From positions 11,210 through 75,209 of the forward strand of contig CAZQIF010000003.1 of NCBI GenBank assembly GCA_964593375.1: a DNA stretch of 64,000 nucleotides, in the 5' to 3' direction. This stretch comes from an uncultured Candidatus Saccharibacteria bacterium. Its GTDB lineage: Bacteria > Patescibacteriota > Minisyncoccia > Phycocordibacterales > UBA918. The translations under genes and the position numbers were made by a program. Positions 1-9,225 of the stretch are shown here, piece after piece. Each line of letters begins with the position of its first letter. The stretch's first letter is position 1. Below the pieces are notes generated by a model. That model was given only the letters and a program-made list of their open reading frames with translations, was not told the DNA's origin and did not search any database.

Positions 1-2
1 GC

Positions 3-599
3 GTGCTTTCACTTACGTACGGATTTTTCTTTATGATTGATTTTCTTCCTGAGAAACCAGAACAAAATAATACTGAGTCTGCACTCACGGAGACGAGTAC
101 CATAAACGAAATACAAATGCCTGAAGAAACAGAAACAGCAAAGCCGATTGACCCGCTTCCAATAGCAATTATTTTTGATACCCTCGATGGGCGTGAGGTT
201 ACTATTCTTAATCCAGAGTCTGATACGGTTGCCGAACTTGATAGTGCACTCCTTAAGGGTGTCGTGCGACATCCAGACTCTGCAGACTTTAAGCAAAAAG
301 GAACTATTTTTCTTCTTGGACATTCGAGCTACCTTCCTAACGTGATGAATAAAAACTTCCAAGCGTTCAATGGTATTCAAAAACTTGCGTGGGGAGACAC
401 GATTCGACTTCGCTCAGCGGACACCGAGTATGTGTATCGCGTTGACCGCGTATATGAGGCAAAAGCATCTGATGCGGAAGTAAAAATTTACGAAGGGGAG
501 TCACGTCTCACGCTCGCAACCTGTGATTCATTTGGCACTAAAGATGATCGTTTTGTGGTGGAGGCATCTCTTCTTGAGTCTCATGCGCTTTCACTCTAA
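3..599 (+). CDS. Sortase family protein (5' end may lie upstream of the window)
   Basis: His (LLGHSS), TLATC (TLxTC catalytic Cys) and downstream Arg (DRFVVEA); F..I.KL..GD.I motif; N-terminal hydrophobic segment. Confidence 0.85.
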   Translation: MLSLTYGFFFMIDFLPEKPEQNNTESALTETSTINEIQMPEETETAKPIDPLPIAIIFDTLDGREVTILNPESDTVAELDSALLKGVVRHPDSADFKQKGTIFLLGHSSYLPNVMNKNFQAFNGIQKLAWGDTIRLRSADTEYVYRVDRVYEAKASDAEVKIYEGESRLTLATCDSFGTKDDRFVVEASLLESHALSL

Positions 600-641
600 A
601 ATCCTACAAAAAGGCGAAAACACTAGGTTTTGCGTGGTACA

Positions 642-670
642 TTGACAGAAATACGATTTTACGGTAAAAT
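642..670 (+). promoter_or_regulatory. sigma70-type promoter TTGACA-N17-TAAAAT for the 943/1476 genes
   Basis: Near-consensus hexamers with 17-nt spacer; boxA-like TGTTCTTTGA at 915-924 and SD AAGGAGG at 931-937 downstream. Confidence 0.7.
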
Positions 671-942
671 AGTTAATAATAGTTCCTCTCGTATCCGGTA
701 TTTGATATAACGAGTGTTGGTAATTCTTCACTCAAAAGTGTATATACGTCGTAACTGATTTTCATGAAATCTACTGTGCTTATGTAACAAGCACACTATA
801 TTTTCGGCTAAATCTAAGCGATTGTCGTTGGCTTTTTGTTCGAAAGCGTGCTTTTTGCACTCTTGTGTGCAGTAAGTCATCTGCAATTTCGCGGAGGCAC
901 ACTCTTGTGAGTGATGTTCTTTGATTAGATAAGGAGGGCCTC

Positions 943-1482
943 ATGGCCAATGCGCGACGAAGCGATAGTAATAGTTGGTGGGGGGTCCTTTTAATTGGAC
1001 TCCTCATTGGTGCCGTTTTTGGGCACTTTGCCACCAAATACAATTGGCTTCGGCCGATTGGGTTTGGGAGTCTTGTTACATCGACTGCTAATGGGTCGGC
1101 ACCTGCGTTTACGCAGAATCTCTGCCCGGTATGTCCGGTGTGTGAGCCCGCGGTTACCATCACTCAGCCCCTCAAGGCTGAGTGCACGAATTTGCCGACA
1201 CAGGTCACATGCGTGCCGGTAGCAAAAACGGAGTTGTCCTGCAAGGCGCCTCCGGGCTGGCTCAAAAAGCCGGTTCCGAAGAAGCCCGTTGCAAGAGCTA
1301 CTAAACCGCAGGTGCCATCGGCACCTGCGGCGGAAACAAAACCGGCTGCACCGGACTTGGCAACAGCAATTCAAAACGCGCCAGCCGCATCAAAGCGGCC
1401 GGACTCGAAAACCTACGTGAACGAACTTCCGAAAGTCTCGGGGTGCATTCGCCAAAATTCTAAAGGAGAAGTGAAATGCTGA
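943..1482 (+). CDS. Hypothetical membrane-anchored Cys/Pro-rich protein
   Basis: Strong SD, N-terminal TM helix (WWGVLLIGLLIGAVF), CPVCPVC motif, Pro/Ala/Lys linker; overlaps next gene. Confidence 0.7.
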   Translation: MANARRSDSNSWWGVLLIGLLIGAVFGHFATKYNWLRPIGFGSLVTSTANGSAPAFTQNLCPVCPVCEPAVTITQPLKAECTNLPTQVTCVPVAKTELSCKAPPGWLKKPVPKKPVARATKPQVPSAPAAETKPAAPDLATAIQNAPAASKRPDSKTYVNELPKVSGCIRQNSKGEVKC

Positions 1483-2189
1483 AATTCGTTTCAGTAGTAC
1501 TTGCGGCGTTCGTTGTCGCAGGTTGCGGTTCGGTGCCAATGAAGTCAGCAAACACCACTGACAAGAATATTGAGTCGGTGACGACGTCGGTCAAATGCAC
1601 GAGCTATGGGCAAGCAGATTGCCTGAAGTTCGAGCTCTTGACCTACATCTACAAGTCGGAGCACCCGCTCATGAAGGGGTTGCCGGAACTTGCGGCGGCG
1701 CACGGCCCGGTCAACGAGCTGAAATTTTTAGAAGCTCGGAAGAAGGGTCAACTCCAGGGTGCGCACGGTAAGTTTCGTGCATACTTCTGGAAACTCAACG
1801 GCGCTTCCGCTCAGGGGGCACAAGTGTATCGCCTCAATGGGAACGACAAGTACAAGTCAGTCCCGTTTAAGGATGTGACCAAGTCGGCGTCCTACCCAAA
1901 GACCGACCTCGGTGCACCATCTTTGGTTCTTGAGATCGAAACGGCGGGTGACGATCCAATGGGCGTCATCTTCCAGATTCCGTGGAAGTGGATTGACCCA
2001 AAGGAAACCACGGCTCTCTTCTGTGACCAGGATGAAACGGGCGTGTACCCGATCGGAAAGGTTAACGAGTCGGGGACCCATCAGGGTCATTGGCTCACCA
2101 AGTCGGCATTCAAGCGATTTGCCGACAAGGAAGGAGGTCCCTCGAGGCTCGTGCTTCTCGCGTTCGTGAAGAACGTCAAAGCCGAGTAG
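1476..2189 (+). CDS. Hypothetical secreted protein with lipobox-like signal
   Basis: SD AAGGAG upstream, signal peptide ending VVAGC, GC-rich codon usage; followed by hairpin at 2297-2327. Confidence 0.7.
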   Translation: MLKFVSVVLAAFVVAGCGSVPMKSANTTDKNIESVTTSVKCTSYGQADCLKFELLTYIYKSEHPLMKGLPELAAAHGPVNELKFLEARKKGQLQGAHGKFRAYFWKLNGASAQGAQVYRLNGNDKYKSVPFKDVTKSASYPKTDLGAPSLVLEIETAGDDPMGVIFQIPWKWIDPKETTALFCDQDETGVYPIGKVNESGTHQGHWLTKSAFKRFADKEGGPSRLVLLAFVKNVKAE

Positions 2190-2296
2190 GTTGCTCCGGC
2201 AAAAAATGAGTAGCCGAAGCATACAACACCGCCGGCGAAGCCGGTGGTTACCAAGGCCAAAGCACCGGCCTAACCAGTTCTTCAAAACCCGATTGC

Positions 2297-2327
2297 GTGA
2301 CGGACACATAGTATATGTGTCCGTCAC
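2297..2327 (+). terminator. Intrinsic terminator-like hairpin
   Basis: GTGACGGACACATA-GTA-TATGTGTCCGTCAC followed shortly by TCTTTTT. Confidence 0.6.
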
Positions 2328-2403
2328 AAGATCTTTTTCAAACTTTCGATACTCTCGCGTACAGGGGTGTAGGTGTGAGTATTTAGAAGCAAGAAACATT
2401 AAT

Positions 2404-5400
2404 ATGAAAACAATTACCACAATTATAAAGACAGACGCATTCAAATATGCGATTTTTGCGTTTCTTATCGCAACGGTTGCATTCTTTGCAGTACTCCCAT
2501 TTATTTCAGATATTAATCCACACGTGAGTGGTCCTTCGCTCTCTGCGCTCCTCGTGACCGCCGATGATGGCGGTGGCGATTCAGGGTCTGGAGACTCCGG
2601 TTCAGGTGACAGCGGTACTGGCGACTCAGGTTCAGGAAGCTCAGATGGAGGCGACACCGGCTCAGGTACACCCGGCGATGGTTGCTGTGGTGACGACACC
2701 GGCTCAGGCGAAACTGGTACTGGCGACTCAGGTTCAGGCGAAACTGGAGTTGGCACACCTGGTGACGGCTGTTGTGGTGACGGTGGTAGTGATACTGGCG
2801 GGACACCAACCGATTCAGGAAATTCTGGTGGTGGTGAAGTAGCATGTTCACCCATTTGGAACGGGTGCGGTGGTTACTGGTACCAGAACAGTTGTATCTA
2901 TTCGTGTCCAACAGGGACACATGCAGAAAACGTAAGTGGCGCAAATGATGCTCAGTATTGTGGACTCTCATACAATACTTGTGAACCAAACCCAGTCGAA
3001 GTTGAACCTTCATGTTCAATTTCTGCAAACCCTAACCCCTGTACACTTGGTGCTAATTCACTTTGTGCGAGCTCAATTTCATGGTCGACGGAGAACATGA
3101 GTAACCCTGCAGTTTTCGTGCAGTCAACAGGTCAAAAGTTTGCTGCAGACGATAGTGGAAGTCAGTCGGCTCCATGGATTGATCATGCGGGCGTGACTTT
3201 TGTCGTTAAGGAACAATCTGGTTCTGCTCCAGTCATCTGTTCAGTTTCAGTCTCGGGTGTATGTGCTTCTGGAACGACATGGAATGGCAGTAATTGTGTG
3301 GCACCTACACCTACACCAACCCCAACACCGACACCAACTCCAAGCACACCAACATGTTCTCTTGCTGTGACACAGTCAACGATTACTGCAGGTCAACAGA
3401 CAACGCTTTCATGGTACACAAGTAATTTTCAATCATACAATGTACTCGAGATTGATCGTGGCATAGGTTATGTTACGCCACCACTTAATGGCTCAATGAC
3501 TATTTCGCCGAGCGTGACGACAACCTACACTGGTCATATCATAGATTTCAGTCCGACGAATGTTCGACCATGCTCAGTTACAGTGACGGTTATTCCAGTC
3601 ACTCCAAGTGCACCAACCTGTACACTCACGGCTTCTCCAACTTCAGTAAATCAAGGAAGCGCGTCAACGCTCTCATGGACAACCTCAAACGCCTCAAGTA
3701 TTTCGATTGACCAAGGCGTAGGTGCTGTTGGTGTGAGTGGCTCACAGAGCGTTTCACCAAGCGCAACAAAAACATACACCCTCACCGCAACCGGTGCTGG
3801 GGGTAGTGTGACATGTGCGAAAACGGTAACGGTTATTCCAACACCGAGTGCACCAACCTGTACGCTCACCGCGTCTCCAGCGTCAATCAATCAGGGAAGC
3901 GCGTCGACACTTTCATGGACAACCTCAAATGCGACTTCCGTTTCAATTAACCAAGGCGTAGGTGCTGTTGGTGCGAGTGGCTCAAAGAGTGTTTCTCCAT
4001 CAAACACTACGTCATACACGCTTACTGCGACCGGTGCTGGTGGTACGGTGACCTGTGAAAAGCAGGTGGTTGTAGTAGTACCAAACCCAGCTCCAACCTG
4101 TACGCTTACCGCGTCTCCAACATCAATCAATCAGGGAAGTGCTTCAACACTCAGTTGGACAACAACAAATGCATCGAGTGTGACCCTTAACGAGGGTATT
4201 GGTGCAGTGGCGACGAATGGTTCAAAGAGTGTTTCTCCAAGTGCGACAAAAACGTACACGCTTACAGCTGACGGCGCTGGTGGTACCGTTACGTGTTCAA
4301 AGACCGTGACTGTGGTAGTACCAAATCCTGCACCAACCTGTACGATTACGGTAAATCCTCAGAGTATGACACGTGGTAACTCCGCAATACTTTCATGGAG
4401 CACTACAAATGCGACCGCCGTTGTCATCGACAACAATATCGGCACCGTTTCCCTGAGTGGTACACATACGGTTTCACCAACGGTGACTACTGAATATAAA
4501 CTATCTGCAGTCGGCGCTGGTGGTAGTGTACTCTGCAAAACAACACTTGCGGTGAATGAACCGCCAGTTGCGCCAACGTGTGCGCTTAATGCAAACAAGA
4601 CTGCAATTACCGCTGGTGAAAGTGTTACACTCACCTGGAGTTCAACAAATGCGAACCAAAGTACACTTCAAGGCGTAAATGTCGCGCTCTCAGGAAGTGG
4701 CGTGTACACCCCTGAAACGACAACGACATACACCTATGTGGTAACCGGAGCTGGTGGTTCACAAACCTGCACGAAGACCATTACGGTTACTCCGTATGTT
4801 CCTGTCTCACCAGTATGTTCACTTACGGTAAGTCCAAACAAAATTACAAAGGGAAGTATGGCGACACTCAACTGGACAGTTGGAAATGCGAGTGTGATAT
4901 CAATTGATCAAAACATCGGCACTGTTTCTGCGGTTGATTCTCGTTTAGTGAACCCAATACAAAACACAACCTACACTCTCACGGCTCGCGGTGAAGCAAA
5001 TCAGACCGTGACTTGTGTTGCTTCACTCGTTGTTGAGGAACCGCATGTTGACGATCCGGTGAAGTGCGATGCATTCAGCGCTTCGCCAAGTACGCTTACT
5101 GCTGCTGGCACCACGACACTCACTTGGAATACTTCAAATGCAACGAATGTTTCAATTAACAACGGTGTTGGTACCGTGTCTGAAGATGGCGGAAAAAGTG
5201 TCTTTGTGGAAGCAAATACAACCTACACCCTCACCGCAACCGATGGTGACAAAACAGTAACCTGTCAGACGCAAGTGAACATTGTACCTCCTACGGTGAT
5301 TGTTCCTAAGTGTGACGCGTTCTCGGTCAGTCCATCATCTCTCAATAAGGGTGAAACAGCGACACTTACATGGGCCACCACAAATGCTTCATCAGTTTCG

Positions 5401-6435
5401 ATCAACAATGGTGTTGGTACTGTTGCAGTCGATGGCAATTCATCAGTTACGGTAAATTCTGATACGACCTATACACTCACCGCAACAAATGGAAGTGCAT
5501 CTGATAGTTGCCAAGCGACAGTCACTATTAAATCAAGCGGTGGAGGAGGCGGAGGTGGGTCAAGTTCACCACGCTGTACGCTCACCGCGTCTGATAAGAA
5601 GATTTCGGCAGGTGAACAAGTTACCCTCACGTGGAAGAATACTCGAACAAACGATATCCTGCTCAAGGATAATCGTGGCAACGTGCTCGCTGATTCAAAG
5701 AAGGACAGCAAGATTGATGAAGATGCAGATTCAATCAAGGTAAAGCCAACCAAATCAACGTCATATACGCTTACCGTTATTAAGGGAAGCAAGAAGCGTG
5801 ACTGTACTGTTGATATCAATGTGTCGAATGTGACCGTTTCAAGCAATCGTCCACTCGTTGCGGGTATCTCACTTTCACAGGTTCCGTACACTGGATTTGA
5901 CGCTGGTCCATTCCTTACGACAGTCTTCTATTCACTCATTGTACTTTGGGGACTTGGTATCGCATACGTGCTCGTGCTGAGGGGAAACAAGAATACTCTT
6001 TCTTTGAGTACTCTTACGCCTATTCGGTCAATACCTATGATTAAGGAAGAAGCTCCTGTCCACCGCATTCCGACAATGCTTGTTGCACCAACCGTGACAA
6101 CAGCACCACAAACTTGGAAAGCGGTTAATCCGGTTATTGGGTACGAGTCGCTCTACGCGACTGCACCCGCTTCGGTAATTGAAGAAGAAGTTACTGAGGA
6201 AGCAACCGTTGAACCGCAGGTAGAAGACACCACCGCACTTCTTGAAGGACATGCACATGACGCACATGTGCTCATGTCGAGCGATGCGCTCCGTTTCATT
6301 GCGGGGCAGTCAGCGCTTGTCGAGGAACAGCTTGCAATTCTTGATAAGGTTATTGGTCTTGCAAAGGCGCAGTATCCTTCAGAGAACGGATGGGTCATCG
6401 TCAATAAAGAAAAAACCCTTTCTCTACTCAAATAA
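2404..6435 (+). CDS. Large cell-surface protein: signal/TM, G/D/S-rich and Cys-rich N-region, about 11 tandem ~80-aa Ig/PKD-like repeats, VPYTG motif, TM and cytoplasmic tail
   Basis: Repeats PTCTLTASP..I..G...TLSWTT.NA...TYTLTA.G.GG.VTC; PT linker; VPYTG at 5881-5895 followed by a hydrophobic helix; ATG 2404 chosen over upstream TTG. Confidence 0.85.
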   Translation: MKTITTIIKTDAFKYAIFAFLIATVAFFAVLPFISDINPHVSGPSLSALLVTADDGGGDSGSGDSGSGDSGTGDSGSGSSDGGDTGSGTPGDGCCGDDTGSGETGTGDSGSGETGVGTPGDGCCGDGGSDTGGTPTDSGNSGGGEVACSPIWNGCGGYWYQNSCIYSCPTGTHAENVSGANDAQYCGLSYNTCEPNPVEVEPSCSISANPNPCTLGANSLCASSISWSTENMSNPAVFVQSTGQKFAADDSGSQSAPWIDHAGVTFVVKEQSGSAPVICSVSVSGVCASGTTWNGSNCVAPTPTPTPTPTPTPSTPTCSLAVTQSTITAGQQTTLSWYTSNFQSYNVLEIDRGIGYVTPPLNGSMTISPSVTTTYTGHIIDFSPTNVRPCSVTVTVIPVTPSAPTCTLTASPTSVNQGSASTLSWTTSNASSISIDQGVGAVGVSGSQSVSPSATKTYTLTATGAGGSVTCAKTVTVIPTPSAPTCTLTASPASINQGSASTLSWTTSNATSVSINQGVGAVGASGSKSVSPSNTTSYTLTATGAGGTVTCEKQVVVVVPNPAPTCTLTASPTSINQGSASTLSWTTTNASSVTLNEGIGAVATNGSKSVSPSATKTYTLTADGAGGTVTCSKTVTVVVPNPAPTCTITVNPQSMTRGNSAILSWSTTNATAVVIDNNIGTVSLSGTHTVSPTVTTEYKLSAVGAGGSVLCKTTLAVNEPPVAPTCALNANKTAITAGESVTLTWSSTNANQSTLQGVNVALSGSGVYTPETTTTYTYVVTGAGGSQTCTKTITVTPYVPVSPVCSLTVSPNKITKGSMATLNWTVGNASVISIDQNIGTVSAVDSRLVNPIQNTTYTLTARGEANQTVTCVASLVVEEPHVDDPVKCDAFSASPSTLTAAGTTTLTWNTSNATNVSINNGVGTVSEDGGKSVFVEANTTYTLTATDGDKTVTCQTQVNIVPPTVIVPKCDAFSVSPSSLNKGETATLTWATTNASSVSINNGVGTVAVDGNSSVTVNSDTTYTLTATNGSASDSCQATVTIKSSGGGGGGGSSSPRCTLTASDKKISAGEQVTLTWKNTRTNDILLKDNRGNVLADSKKDSKIDEDADSIKVKPTKSTSYTLTVIKGSKKRDCTVDINVSNVTVSSNRPLVAGISLSQVPYTGFDAGPFLTTVFYSLIVLWGLGIAYVLVLRGNKNTLSLSTLTPIRSIPMIKEEAPVHRIPTMLVAPTVTTAPQTWKAVNPVIGYESLYATAPASVIEEEVTEEATVEPQVEDTTALLEGHAHDAHVLMSSDALRFIAGQSALVEEQLAILDKVIGLAKAQYPSENGWVIVNKEKTLSLLK

Positions 6436-6459
6436 AATAGAGAATAGAAGATAGAAAAT

Positions 6460-6500
6460 ATAGAAACACCCGCACAGCAAAGCTGTGCGGGTGTTTCTAT
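6460..6500. terminator. Bidirectional terminator between surface protein gene and thrS
   Basis: ATAGAAACACCCGCACAGC-AAAA-GCTGTGCGGGTGTTTCTAT between convergent genes. Confidence 0.8.
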
Positions 6501-6537
6501 TCTATATTCAATATTTCTATATCCTATATCCTATATT

Positions 6538-8295
6538 CTACAGTGTTTTCGTCTCAACCTCAGTAAGGAGATGATTCCCAAGCTTTGAGACCGACATCTG
6601 CTCTGACGTACCATTTCGTGACTCAAGCGTGACATTTTTCTCAGCAACTTCCTTGTCTCCAACGACAACAAAGTAGGGAAGTTTATCTATTTTTGCATTG
6701 CGGATTTTCTTTCCCATCGATTCGTTACTATCGTCGAGCGTTGCGCGAATACCCACTGCCTTGAGTTCATCAAAGACTGTCTTTGCGTATTCGGTATGGA
6801 TTTCTGAAACCGGAATAATACGTACCTGTTCTGGAGAAAGCCAGAGAGGGAAGTTTCCACCAAGGTGTTCAATAAGTACTGCAGAGAAACGTTCAATCGA
6901 ACCCATGATTGCGCAGTGAATCATTACAATGCGTTCTTTTTCGCCTTGCTCATTGACGCAGGTAAGATCGAAGCGCTCGGGCATGTTCATGTCGAGCTGG
7001 ATGGTTGCAACTTGATGCTCACGTCCGAGAGAATCTTTTGCCATGAAGTCGAGCTTCGGTCCGTACATCGCTGCTTCTCCTTGTGCCTCAAAGTAATCAG
7101 CATTTCGCTCTTTTGCAATTTCTCTGAGTGCATTTTCCGCGTTACTCCAAATTTCTGGTGTACCAAGATACTTTTTGAACTCGAGCGGATCATGGAAGGA
7201 AAGTCGTACGCGAAGTTTGAAGCCGAATGCTCCATAGAAGGTGTCTATGATGTCCCAAATTTTGAAGAATTCTTGCTTCACCTGATTGTGTCTGCAGAAT
7301 ACATGCGAGTCGTCTTGTGTGATTGATAAGACGCGCGTGAGACCGCCAAGCTCGCCCGATTGTTCATCTCGATAGACCATTGTTGTTTCAGCGTATCGTT
7401 GTGGCATGTTGCGGTAACTGTGGGGTTGTCGGTCAAAAATTTGTGTGTGATGAGGGCAGTTCATGGGCTTCAGTGCATACTCTTTTCCTTCACGGGTTGT
7501 AATGCGGAAAAGCTCATCAGCAAATTTATCCCAGTGTCCTGATGTTTCGTAGAGATTCTTTTTTGTGATATGCGGAACGGTCACACGCTCATACCCATGC
7601 TTCAGTCGAAGTTCCCACACAAAGCTATCGAGGAGATGACGAATTTGCGTTCCTTTTGGTGTCCAGAGAGGAAGTCCTGGTCCGACGAGTTCTGAAAATG
7701 TGAAGAGGTCGAGTTCTTTCCCAAGTTTACGATGGTCTCGCTTCTTTGCTTCTTCAATTTGGTTAACGTACGCATCAAGTTCTTCTTTGGTGTCAAACGC
7801 GTACCCATAGATGCGGGTGAGCATCGGATTTTTTTCATCCCCGCGCCAGTACGCACCCGCGACAGCGTGGAGCGTGAACGAATCGCTCCCGATTTCTTCT
7901 GCTGGCTTTTCTGAATGGCCACCACGACAGAGGTCGGTGAATGCTTGGTCGCCTGAGCCGACCGTGTAGAGGGTGATAGTTGCACCTTCTTTTTCGAGGC
8001 CATTGATGAGCTCAGTCTTGAAGACGTTTCCGGCGAAGGCCTCACGGGCTTCGGGGGCCGTGACTTCCTTGTGCGAAAATTCTTTCCAAGAGGGAAGGAT
8101 TCTACGCATCTGCTTCTCAATTCCCTTCAAATCTTCAGTGGTTGGCGCTTCCCCACCGCTAAAATCAAAATCGTAATAGAACCCATTTTCGATTGATGGG
8201 CCTATGGTTGGCTTTGCGTGTGGGTACTGCGTTGTGATGACCTTTGCAAGAAGATGGGCAAGGGTATGTCGTTTTTGGGTGAGCTTGTCTTCCAT
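6538..8295 (-). CDS. thrS: Threonine--tRNA ligase (no N-terminal TGS domain)
   Basis: RHTLAHLL, GFYYDF, DLCRGGH, RDHRKLG, LKPMNCPHH, QLD..PERF, HCAIMGSIERF motifs. Confidence 0.98.
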   Translation of the reverse strand: MEDKLTQKRHTLAHLLAKVITTQYPHAKPTIGPSIENGFYYDFDFSGGEAPTTEDLKGIEKQMRRILPSWKEFSHKEVTAPEAREAFAGNVFKTELINGLEKEGATITLYTVGSGDQAFTDLCRGGHSEKPAEEIGSDSFTLHAVAGAYWRGDEKNPMLTRIYGYAFDTKEELDAYVNQIEEAKKRDHRKLGKELDLFTFSELVGPGLPLWTPKGTQIRHLLDSFVWELRLKHGYERVTVPHITKKNLYETSGHWDKFADELFRITTREGKEYALKPMNCPHHTQIFDRQPHSYRNMPQRYAETTMVYRDEQSGELGGLTRVLSITQDDSHVFCRHNQVKQEFFKIWDIIDTFYGAFGFKLRVRLSFHDPLEFKKYLGTPEIWSNAENALREIAKERNADYFEAQGEAAMYGPKLDFMAKDSLGREHQVATIQLDMNMPERFDLTCVNEQGEKERIVMIHCAIMGSIERFSAVLIEHLGGNFPLWLSPEQVRIIPVSEIHTEYAKTVFDELKAVGIRATLDDSNESMGKKIRNAKIDKLPYFVVVGDKEVAEKNVTLESRNGTSEQMSVSKLGNHLLTEVETKTL

Positions 8296-8325
8296 ATGAG
8301 TTTTTATTAAGTATTCTTATAAACT

Positions 8326-8497
8326 AAAAAACGTCCGAGTAAAAATACGATAATTCGCATTTTTACTCGGACGATCTTTTGACCGCGGTTCCACCGAGCT
8401 TCTGAGGCCGTAAGCCCCAGCACTTTAGGTATCAAATTAGGCACATTAGTGCGTCGCATAGGACTGGTAGTTGGTAGCCACCACAATCTCTGATGTA
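8326..8497 (-). promoter_or_regulatory. T-box riboswitch leader of thrS (transcription attenuation type)
   Basis: Minus strand: CTCGG-TGGAACC-GCG...CGT-CCGAG antiterminator (T-box at 8384-8398) overlapping an 18-bp terminator stem 8332-8373 with U6 tail; Stem III CTGGGGC/GCCTCAG; Thr codon ACC in a short Stem I loop (8473-8475). Confidence 0.85.
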
Positions 8498-8503
8498 GCT
8501 GTT

Positions 8504-8531
8504 ATCGTATCGTGTTACTAGGTATTGTCAA
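8504..8531 (-). promoter_or_regulatory. Promoter for thrS leader, TTGACA-N16-TACGAT
   Basis: Hexamers immediately upstream of the T-box Stem I. Confidence 0.6.
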
Positions 8532-8601
8532 CAAGTTTGAAGGTGGTACACGAAATTGGAGAAGAGTCGAACTCCAGGTTCTCTAAGTGAGCATACAGCT
8601 A

Positions 8602-8630
8602 TTGACATAATTGCACTATGTTGCTATAAT
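8602..8630 (+). promoter_or_regulatory. Consensus sigma70 promoter TTGACA-N17-TATAAT with extended -10 TG
   Basis: Exact consensus upstream of the 8730 ORF. Confidence 0.8.
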
Positions 8631-8729
8631 CCTATGCAGTTACAGAGCTCGAAGTACGGGGCATGAAGTGGAGTAAGGTCCTGGCAAGACCTATGATTTC
8701 AAATCACCCTTTTTGAGGAAAATATAAAC

Positions 8730-9029
8730 GTGGAAAAAGTCATTTGCTGGCTTGGTGATAACGAGGTCGCCACGGGTTGCGGAGATACCAAAAAGGCCGC
8801 TCTCGAGGACGCGGTCGGCTGGTGGATCAAGGACAAGTTAACCGAGACGTACAGTCTTTCGTTGGCCGACGTAGACCCTCTTTGCGAGAAAATTCTCGCG
8901 GCAATCGCGGACTCGAAATTCGTGGATGAGGGGGGATATGCCACTTTCGAGCCTGGCGTTCATTACGATCTTTGCTGCGAGATCTACGACGTTGCCGAAA
9001 AGCTCGGCATCAAGAACTTCGGCAAGTAA
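8730..9029 (+). CDS. Small hypothetical protein
   Basis: Own consensus promoter, GAGG SD, GTG start, GC-rich codon usage, terminator hairpin at 9056-9100. Confidence 0.65.
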   Translation: MEKVICWLGDNEVATGCGDTKKAALEDAVGWWIKDKLTETYSLSLADVDPLCEKILAAIADSKFVDEGGYATFEPGVHYDLCCEIYDVAEKLGIKNFGK

Positions 9030-9055
9030 TCCTGTCCTCGTCTCCTGAAATAACC

Positions 9056-9109
9056 CGCCGTAGTGCAGAGTCGCCCTTTGGGACACTCTCACTACGGCGG
9101 TTTCTGTTT
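9056..9109 (+). terminator. Intrinsic terminator
   Basis: CCGCCGTAGTG...CACTACGGCGG stem followed by TTTCTGTTT. Confidence 0.65.
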
Positions 9110-9225
9110 GTTATGAGAGTGCATGAGGGGGGTTAAAACTCCATATCAGCACATCCTTCCGTCCTGAATTTGCACGCTAACTGCACAAGGTGGAAAGGGG
9201 GTCATATGCTAAACTATAAATCACC

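Noticed and set aside
2191-2403. N-terminal extension of the surface protein from the TTG start
   Set aside because: Spans a terminator hairpin and precedes the signal-peptide-like start at 2404
1857-2855. 332-aa Pro/Ser-rich antisense ORF
   Set aside because: Reverse-frame shadow of the Gly/Asp/Ser repeat region
8540-8580. tRNA-like fragment (minus strand GGAGTTCGACTCTTCTCCA)
   Set aside because: Only a T-arm-like stretch; no acceptor, D or anticodon arms can be built
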